In this document: piece after piece, positions 51,398 to 64,000 of the stretch
How the letters are laid out: each line of letters begins with the position of its first letter
Position numbering within the stretch: the stretch's first letter is position 1
DNA from: Eledone cirrhosa
Lineage: Eukaryota
Assembly (NCBI GenBank): GCA_964016885.1
Contig: OZ024743.1
Location: 218,922,001 to 218,986,000, forward strand
Direction: 5' to 3'
Length of the DNA: 64,000 bases
Position numbers and translations under genes: made by a program
Notes under the pieces: generated by a model
What the model saw: the letters and a program-made list of their open reading frames with translations, nothing else
What the model was told of the DNA's origin: nothing
Database searches by the model: none

Positions 51398-51434
<37 letters not shown>

Positions 51435-51551
51435 ATATATATCATACATATATATATCATATATATATATATATATATATCATATATATATATATATATA
51501 TATATCATATATATATATATATATATATCATATATATATATATATATATAT

Positions 51552-51582
<31 letters not shown>

Positions 51583-51616
51583 CATATATATATATATATA
51601 TATATATCATATATAT

Positions 51617-51661
<45 letters not shown>

Positions 51662-51840
51662 TATATATATATATATATATATCATATATATATATATATA
51701 TATATCATATATATATATATATATATATCATATATATATATATCATATATATATATATCATATATATATATATCATATATATATATATTATATATATATA
51801 TATATATCATATATATATATATCATATATATATATATCAT
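51152..51840. repeat. Interrupted (TA)n array with TCA/TTA spacers
   Basis: Read directly from the sequence. Confidence 0.95.
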
Positions 51841-54800
51841 CATCATCATCATCATCAACGTTTAACGTCCGTGTTCCACGCTTGCATGGGTTTGGACGGG
51901 GGTAGTCCCACTTGAGGCAAGAGTGATTGTCTTGCTCGCATAGGACTGTCTGGCAGGTTTTCTACAGTTGGATGCCCTTCCTAACACCAACCACATTTAC
52001 AGTGTGGGTCTGGGAGGTTTTTACCGTGTTGCCTACACGGCCACATTACAGCGTGGACTGTGTGTTTTTTTGTCGTGACACCTACACGATCTCATTTGTT
52101 TCGGCCTCGATGGCGCGGCACCAACATAACTTTACATAGAACGGGGTGGTGTGGATCGGGTGGGGGTGGGGGTGGTGGGACGGGGTGTATTTTGTTAGAG
52201 ATGCCTACTGGCTGGAGTAGGTTTTACTATATATTTAGGTAAGGCGGGTCTTCTCTGTTACTGAGTACCGCCAAAGGTCTCGGTCCAGTGACATTGTCTT
52301 GGAGAGGTGTAAGTGTGTGATGTCGGAGTTTATCAGCTCGTCCCAGGTTTTTCTAGGTCTGCCTATTCCGTGACTACCGTCTATCTTTATTGCCCTGCAC
52401 TTTGTTATACAGCTATCGACTTTCATGCGCATCACGTGTCCATACCAACGTAGCCTTCTCTCGAGTAAACAACATCTGATCCCTCTTATCTCTAATTTAT
52501 TCCTTAGTTCGTTTATGCTTTGCCGTTCACGTATATTACTGTTACACATCCAGCGGAGCATGCAAGCTTCGTTCCTCTCTAGTCTGCGTATATCCTCTGC
52601 ACACAATGCCCAGGTCTCACTGCCATGCAGCATTGCTGTTCGTATGCAGGCATCGTACAACCTGCCTTTCATTTTTAGTGAGAACCCTTTAGCAGCTAAT
52701 AGTGGTATAAGCTCTCTGAACTTTTTCCAACCAGTTCTGACTCTAGCTACAGTACTTTCAGAGCACCCTCCCCCACTGCTGATTTTATCGCCCAGGTAAC
52801 GGAAGCTGTCCACTATTTCTATAGAACCCTCTGCGCAATTGAAAGAGCTAGTAGTTTGTGGGCACTTGCTGCTACTTATTGCACCAGAGCACCGGCCACA
52901 TGTAAAATCTATGTTCTTAGTTAGCTTACCTGTGATCCCACTACATCTTTTATGCACCCATACTTTGCATTTAGGACATAAAATGGAGTTTCTACCTACG
53001 CCTTTCCTACACACCGAGCACGACCATTTCCCAGAAGGGACCGCCGCCTTGTTTTCTTTCCTACAAACTAGTACTTTGGTCTTAGCCAGGTTAATTTTAA
53101 GTCCTTTTGACTCTAGGCCGTGCTTCCATGTTTGGAATTTCTTCTCTAGCTCGGCCATTGATTCCGCTATGAGTGTCAGGTCGTCTGCGTATAGGAGTTC
53201 CCATGGGCAGCCTGTCTTGAACTCCTCTGTTATAGCCTGAAGGGCAATAATAAATAGTAGTGGACTGAGAACAGAGCCCTGATGGACGCCGACTTTTACG
53301 CTAAACTCTTCACTATATTCGTTGTTAATTCTAACCTTGCTGACTGTTTCTTTATACATGGCTTGTATAGCCCTCACAAGCCATTCGTCAACGCCTAGTT
53401 TTCTAAGAGCCCACCAGATAATGGAGCGGGGGACTCTGTCGAAGGCTTTCTCCAAGTCGACAAAAGCTAAGTAGAGGGGTTTACCTTTAGCTAGGTACTT
53501 CTCCTGTAGTTGTCGTACTATGAAAAGAGCGTCTGTGGTACTTTTGCCTGACACAAACCCGAACTGCATTTCGTCTAGGTCAATTCTCTCTCTGATTAGT
53601 TGCGCTATTACTCTTTCCGTGACCTTCATGACCTGGTCGATTAATTTAATGCCTCTATAGTTACTCCTATCTAGGGCGTCTCCTTTACCCTTATAACAGT
53701 TAACGATGATGCTGCTATGCCAGTCCTTCGGAACAACCCCGTTCTGTACGACTTGGTTAACTATGCGGGTGACCATGGTGTGTCCCACCGTGCCAGATGC
53801 CTTCAGCATCTCAGCAACTATTTCCGAAGGCCCAGCCGCCTTACCAGTCTTCATATCCTTGATTGCCTTACTTATTATACTCCCCTCGACTAACACTGCT
53901 GGTCCCTCTATTGGGTCGATATGGGGGAGACTGCCTTTCTCCCAATTATTCTCCTCATTTAGAAGCCTTTCATAGTGACACTTCCAAGCTACCTTCTTAT
54001 CAGCGTCGGTGATGGCAAGTGTGCCATCGTCGTTTAGTACACACTTCTCCCCGACAATATCACGGTTTTCCTTGACGCATTGCCTAGCAATCCTGAACAC
54101 CTCACGTTTTTGGTCATCGCGTTGTAGAACATGCTTGAACTTTCTTTCCTCAGCTTCCCTTCTTGCTAAGTACACTTGTCTCCTAGCTTCCCTCCTGGCC
54201 ACTTGATAGTCCTCTCTACTTCCCCCATCCCGCCATACTTTCCAAGCCTGCTTTTTGGCCTTAATTGACCCCTCCACCTTACTGTTCCACCACCATGTTA
54301 CTCTCCTCCTGCCTACAGGCCTGCTCCAGCCACAGACCTCGTCTGTCGCCAACAGCAGGTTTGCTTTCAGAAATTCCCACTCTCCCTCTATATTGTCCGA
54401 CTCTAAATGTTCTTCCTTACTGTCGAAAGCATCAAGTAATATGCTTTGAAATTTATTCCTGGCTGTGGGGTCCTTTAGCTTCCATATTTTCCTCCTGAGG
54501 ATAGTCCTCTTCTGTTGTCGAGTACGTCTCGTCCTGACTATGAGGTCGCTAATTATCAGTCTATGTTGGGAGGTGCATTCTTCATGGGGGAGGGATTTAG
54601 TGTTAACAACAGACACTCTGTCACGTCTTCTGGTAAGGATATAATCTACCTGGCTTGTGTGTTCCCCGGATCTATAGGTGATCAGGTGATTGTCACGTTT
54701 TTTGAAGTTAGTGTTACAGATAGTTAGGTTATTTGCATCACAGAATTCCAGGATTCTGGAGCCTTCCTCATTTCTAGTACCAAACCCATAGCCTCCATGG

Positions 54801-55670
54801 ATTTCGTCGTAGCCGTCACAATGTTGTCCAACGTGACCATTTAGGTCGCCTGCGATAATTATATAGTCACTGTCGGATATTTGGGAGGTAGTTAGCATCA
54901 GTGTCTCATAGAATCTGTCTTTTATAGTGCCGGGCAGTCCGGATTGGGGTGCGTACGCAGATATTACTGTCACCGTAGTTCTATTGAGGACAAGTCGTAT
55001 TTTAATTATTCTGTCGTTCACTCTATTTACGTCTATTATCTTATCTGCCCACTTTTCTGCTACCATGATTCCTACTCCACCCAGCCCATCGTCGTTTCCC
55101 ACCCAGAAAAGCTTATAACAACGTTTTTTACCCTCAATGAACCTAGCAGACCCACCCCTCCACCTGGTCTCTTGAATACAACAAACATCGACCTCCTTAC
55201 GTTCAAGCATTTCTACAACCTCGTTAGCGCGACCCTTTAGGGTGCCTACATTTATGGTACCAACTCTGAAGTTTTGGATTGCGTTTGGGGGTTGGGGGCG
55301 GTGAGGGGCGGGGGGCGATGGGGTTATGTTAGCCGTCCGCGGTCGAAACAATGAGGAGTGCTCGCATTCTCGTCCAAGGGGTGAATTTGTCTTTATCTTT
55401 GGCATTGTCGCTGAGCGTCCAGATTTTTCTCTCTCACCTCCACTCTCCAGGATTCCGCAGTCCATCCATCCATCATATATCGTATATCGAAAGGCAACCA
55501 GGCAAGCGATAGTATAGGCCTCTGGTTTCTGATTGGTCCGCGTAATAATACTGGTGATGCGTGGGGGCTCTGTTTTATGATTGGTCCACGTAATAGCAAT
55601 GGTGGTGTGTGGGGGTGGGAGGGAGGGGTGTTGGGTAGCTAGCAAGAAGGTAATGATTGAGAGGGGTCCA
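51841..55670 (-). mobile_element. Apparently intact RTE-clade LINE with (TGA)n tail
   Basis: Single open ORF, ~380-nt 3'UTR, tail GTTAAACGTTGATGATGATG. The 5' boundary is uncertain (between 55470 and 55670). Confidence 0.9.
52235..55405 (-). CDS. APE endonuclease + reverse transcriptase with internal PHD finger (~1056 aa from MPKIK)
   Basis: GTINVGTL, CIQETRW, AYAPQ, GDLNGH, VDYIL, SQHRL; NYRGIKL, FVDLEKAFDRV, HQGSVLSPLLF, LYADD, C4HC3 insert, FRYLG, MLHGSETW, RRLRWYGHV. No stops. The start Met is inferred (alternative at 55465). Confidence 0.92.
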   Translation of the reverse strand: MPKIKTNSPLGRECEHSSLFRPRTANITPSPPAPHRPQPPNAIQNFRVGTINVGTLKGRANEVVEMLERKEVDVCCIQETRWRGGSARFIEGKKRCYKLFWVGNDDGLGGVGIMVAEKWADKIIDVNRVNDRIIKIRLVLNRTTVTVISAYAPQSGLPGTIKDRFYETLMLTTSQISDSDYIIIAGDLNGHVGQHCDGYDEIHGGYGFGTRNEEGSRILEFCDANNLTICNTNFKKRDNHLITYRSGEHTSQVDYILTRRRDRVSVVNTKSLPHEECTSQHRLIISDLIVRTRRTRQQKRTILRRKIWKLKDPTARNKFQSILLDAFDSKEEHLESDNIEGEWEFLKANLLLATDEVCGWSRPVGRRRVTWWWNSKVEGSIKAKKQAWKVWRDGGSREDYQVARREARRQVYLARREAEERKFKHVLQRDDQKREVFRIARQCVKENRDIVGEKCVLNDDGTLAITDADKKVAWKCHYERLLNEENNWEKGSLPHIDPIEGPAVLVEGSIISKAIKDMKTGKAAGPSEIVAEMLKASGTVGHTMVTRIVNQVVQNGVVPKDWHSSIIVNCYKGKGDALDRSNYRGIKLIDQVMKVTERVIAQLIRERIDLDEMQFGFVSGKSTTDALFIVRQLQEKYLAKGKPLYLAFVDLEKAFDRVPRSIIWWALRKLGVDEWLVRAIQAMYKETVSKVRINNEYSEEFSVKVGVHQGSVLSPLLFIIALQAITEEFKTGCPWELLYADDLTLIAESMAELEKKFQTWKHGLESKGLKINLAKTKVLVCRKENKAAVPSGKWSCSVCRKGVGRNSILCPKCKVWVHKRCSGITGKLTKNIDFTCGRCSGAISSSKCPQTTSSFNCAEGSIEIVDSFRYLGDKISSGGGCSESTVARVRTGWKKFRELIPLLAAKGFSLKMKGRLYDACIRTAMLHGSETWALCAEDIRRLERNEACMLRWMCNSNIRERQSINELRNKLEIRGIRCCLLERRLRWYGHVMRMKVDSCITKCRAIKIDGSHGIGRPRKTWDELINSDITHLHLSKTMSLDRDLWRYSVTEKTRLT

Positions 55671-55671
55671 T

Positions 55672-55864
55672 AATTGGACTGAGTGACAATTCGCCATCTC
55701 CATCGAGGGTAATCTTGCCATCACCAAGTGACAAAATATCCAAAGCAAACTGCTGCCAGTTGGGCTCTCATGTTAGTTGTCAGGGTCAACGTTGTTACCT
55801 TTTGCCACAACGGAGAGGACTTGAGGCACGCCCGGACTTCATCTGCTCTGGTTCCCTTGGGAAT
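55672..55864 (-). pseudogene. Helitron PIF1-like helicase fragment
   Basis: [36 protein letters not shown], then after a frameshift [14 protein letters not shown]; matches the segment following GDFRQ in Helitron helicases. Confidence 0.8.
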
Positions 55865-55865
55865 A

Positions 55866-60675
<4,810 letters not shown>

Positions 60676-61281
60676 TCATCATCATCATCATCAGGTTTAG
60701 CGTCCGTGTTCCACGCTTGCATGGGTTTGGACGGGGGTTTTCCCACTTGAGGCAAGAGTGGTTGTCTTGCTCGCATAGGACTGTCTGGCGGGTTTTCTAC
60801 AGTTGGATGCCCTTCCTAACACCAACCACATTTACAGTGTGGGGCTGGAGGTTTTTACCGTGTTGCCTACACGGCCACATTACAGCGTGGACTGTCTGGC
60901 GGGTTTTCTACAGCTGGATGCCCTTCCTAACACCAACCACATTTACAGTGTGGGGCTGGGAGGTTTTTACCGTGTTGCCTACACGGCCACATTTACAGCG
61001 TGGACTGTGTGTTTTTGTCGTGACACCTACACGATCTCATTTGTTTCGGCCTGGATGTTGTGGGACCAACATAACTTTACATTGAAAGGGGCGGTGTGGA
61101 GGTGGTGGGACGGGGGTGTGTTTTGATAGAGGTGCCTACTGACTGTAGTAGGTTTTTACTTTGTATTTAGGTAAGGCGGGTCTTCTCTATTACTGAGTAC
61201 CGCCAAAGGTCTCGGTCCAGTGACATTGTCTTGGAGAGGTGTAAGCGTGTGAGGTCGGAATTTATCAGCTCGTCCCATGTT
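60676..61281 (-). mobile_element. 3' end of a second RTE copy of the same family, cut by the assembly gap
   Basis: Homologous to 51841-52345 (WDELINSD...EKTRLT*). A ~110-bp 3'UTR unit is tandemly duplicated (about 60778-61003). Confidence 0.9.
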
Positions 61282-61481
61282 NNNNNNNNNNNNNNNNNNN
61301 NNNNNNNNNNNNNNNNNNNNNNNNNNNNNNNNNNNNNNNNNNNNNNNNNNNNNNNNNNNNNNNNNNNNNNNNNNNNNNNNNNNNNNNNNNNNNNNNNNNN
61401 NNNNNNNNNNNNNNNNNNNNNNNNNNNNNNNNNNNNNNNNNNNNNNNNNNNNNNNNNNNNNNNNNNNNNNNNNNNNNNNNN
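61282..61481. other. Assembly gap (200 N)
   Basis: Run of N. Confidence 1.
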
Positions 61482-61854
61482 CCACACACAGACTACATCA
61501 ATCATATAAAGACTTTGCCACCAGATCTACCAACCTAACACTCTTATTTACCTACCTAAGTGCCTCTACCACACATATCTCTCTGCCACACTATATAAAC
61601 AAGACGCACATGCGTGCCACACATATAACATTTGCACTATATAACCACTTATCTTCATGTTGTACTTTAACCTATATCTTTGATTTTTGATTGTACCTAT
61701 TAATATAAATGTAATCTCGAAGTGTGTACTGCCACTCTAAATTTTGTAATGAATGTTGACCCACAATGTTTGAATATGTATCAATGTTTGAATATGTATT
61801 GGTATGTCTCTCGGCTGAAAAGGAGGTCATATAACTGTCCATGCATTAATAAAT

Positions 61855-61901
61855 TGCTCCGAAGAATCCAAACCTCGGTTTGGAGGAAACAGCTGTAAGC
61901 A
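61855..61901 (+). ncRNA. Minimal hammerhead ribozyme motif (U4C variant)
   Basis: TGCT CCGAAGA a TCCAAAC-ctcg-GTTTGGA g GAAACAGCTGTA AGCA; stem I 4 of 4, 7-bp stem II, palindromic ACAGCTGT, GUA site. Confidence 0.68.
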
Positions 61902-61944
61902 CAATAATGTTTTGAACAGTTCTTTGATTCTTATATTTCATATA

Positions 61945-62034
<90 letters not shown>

Positions 62035-62049
62035 TATACATATATATAC

Positions 62050-62082
<33 letters not shown>

Positions 62083-62669
62083 CTTATATATATACGGGGT
62101 GTATGTAGATGAACGGGGAGAGGCAATGTCACGCGTAAACAAGATTAGATTAATTCACTCCCAAATAAGAAGTTAGTGATTGCATTAGTAGTTTCTATAT
62201 TTGATAAAGAAGAAAACCCTGACACTGAAGGAAATAAATTACTCAGGGACACCCTCTTCGTGAAGCCCAATAGTTAAGTTAGTGTTAACATATTTCATGC
62301 AGTTAGCCTCAAAAGGTTAATTAAAACAATCATACTGCATTAAATAGATCATCACTAACTTGACTATTGTTTTTCTCGTGGTGGTGGCGTCTCTGGGAAA
62401 TTCCCCACGGTGATTTACTTATATTTTAAATATGCTAATTATTGACGCATCTTCGTGTACACAATTGTATATTTACTTTACGGTGGAGTATATGTTTATC
62501 TGAGGATGTCTATTAATACTGATACATGTTATGAGTTGTCTCCCATTGTTTCAGAAATCATTAAAATAGTATTAAAAAGAAAAAAAGAAAAAATATACAT
62601 GTTCCGACGATGAGTCTTACTGTTGATTGAACAACAGAACAGCCTGCTTTTCAAATTAATGTGCAAGTT

Positions 62670-63262
62670 GACCCATATACCCTTATCGTGTGATTCAGTG
62701 TGACACGCGTGTGACAAGCTGACCCCTTTCAATTACAGGTCCTACTCATTTTTGTCAGCTAAGTGGATTACAGCAACGTGAAATAAAGTCTTTTGTTCAA
62801 GGAAGCAATGCACCACCAGGAATCGAACACATGATCTTACAATCATAAGCCAATCACTCTGATCATTAACCCTAATCACTAATCCTAACCAATCACTCTG
62901 ACCATTAACTCTAACCATAACCTCTAACCCTAACCACTAACCCTAACCCTAACCACTAACCATTAACCATAACCTCTAACCCTAACCACTAACCCTAACC
63001 ACTAACCCTAACCATTAACCATAACCTCTAACCCTAACCACTAACCCTAACCACTAACCCTAACCATTAACCATAACCTCTAACCCTAACCACTAACCCT
63101 AACCACTAACCTCTAGCACTAACCACTAACCCTAACCACTAACCCTAACCACTAACCCTAACCACTAACCCCTAACCCTAACCATTAACCCTAACCCTAA
63201 CAACTAACCCTAACCATAACCTCTAACTCAGAACGCTAACTCTGAACACTAACCCACGTGCT
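62670..63262 (-). mobile_element. CORE-SINE whose head is interrupted by a telomere-like array
   Basis: CORE segment at 62745-62810, B-box GTTCGATTCC at ~62820-62830, extreme 5' end AAGCACGTGGGTTAGTG at ~63247-63263. Confidence 0.65.
62866..63255. repeat. Interstitial telomere-like array (CCCTAA mixed with CCACTAA, CCATAA, CCTCTAA)
   Basis: Read directly; a 52-bp higher-order unit recurs at 62961/63013/63065. Confidence 0.92.
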
Positions 63263-63504
63263 TAAAAGAGTGTCAATCAAAGTTGCTAGATACATTAACA
63301 TAAAAAGTAGCATACATTTTTTTTTAAGTAACGGATTATATTAGAAAGTAGTGTAAAATGAAAACATGTAAATAAGGATTGCCTGTCGACTCTAATGAGC
63401 TGATCATTTTTATGATATTCAATACTATTGAAAATTAAAACTTCAGTGTAGCAAGTAGCTAAAAAAAAATAGTATCGTAAAGTATCTGGCATATTTACAT
63501 GTCA

Positions 63505-63670
63505 ATAAGGCGACAAATTGACACTGTCGTTAGAAAGTCGGATAGAATGCTTTGCGGTATTCGTTTCGGCTCTCTGCTCACTGAGTTCAAATCCCGATGA
63601 GGTCAACTTTTGCCTTTCATCCATTCAAGGTTGATAAAAAAAAATTACTAGTCCAGTACTGAGGTCGATT
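63505..63670 (+). mobile_element. Diverged Meta-like SINE copy
   Basis: GAGTTCAAATCCCG...GGTCAACTTTTGCCTTTCATCCATTCAAGGTTGATAAAA. Confidence 0.65.
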
Positions 63671-64000
63671 CTTCCTCTGTATCTCTTTCTCTAACTCACT
63701 ACCCTTCTCTGGAAGAAATGTGCTGTATTCAGACCTGGAGAGGAGATGGGCTCCGTCTGGTTTAAAAATGCCATAGAAATGCCATATTTTAAAATGGCGC
63801 CTATACGACTCCCTCGGGAGTTACGAGTCCATACATACATGTCTATATACTACAATGTGTAAATTTATATGCACATTTACGAAATCTCGTTTACTCTAAT
63901 CTGTATATATACAGCTATAACTTTATCATATAGTTTGGATGTCGTGAAAATAACGTAATCCGCCATTTTGGCAATCCTGAAAAAAGTCCTAGATTTCTAC

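Noticed and set aside
61156-61690. ORFs containing X runs
   Set aside because: They span the 200-N assembly gap.
63770-63975. YY1-like motifs (AAAATGGCG, CGCCATTTTG) suggesting a promoter
   Set aside because: Short motifs are also common in DNA-transposon ends; no linked gene is visible within the window.

Overview
Eukaryotic, AT-rich, repeat-dominated window with no host gene I can identify. The SINE and microsatellite make-up suggests a cephalopod (Octopus-like) genome; this is an inference. Main contents, in order: (1) a 9.3-kb satellite of 26-bp units with ~3.14-kb higher-order structure; (2) a 14-kb head-to-tail A-B-A-B array of two divergent R4/Dong-clade (RT + restriction-like endonuclease) non-LTR retrotransposons, each bounded by (TAA)n; at both A->B junctions an ATG in the A 3'UTR reads through the microsatellite as poly-Ile, in frame into the 5'-truncated B ORF; (3) a decayed full-length RTE LINE with a 13-bp TSD; (4) many tRNA-derived SINEs, mariner/hAT MITEs, a non-autonomous Helitron, CRE-like 3' fragments and a tailless U6 retropseudogene; (5) several Penelope-like remnants carrying minimal hammerhead ribozyme motifs and fold-back palindromes; (6) an intact RTE ORF with a C4HC3 PHD finger inserted inside the RT, preceded by a Helitron helicase fragment and embedded in very long TA-based arrays; (7) a telomere-like array grown inside a SINE A-box. 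There is one 200-N assembly gap. All calls come from reading the sequence by eye; no database searches were run.
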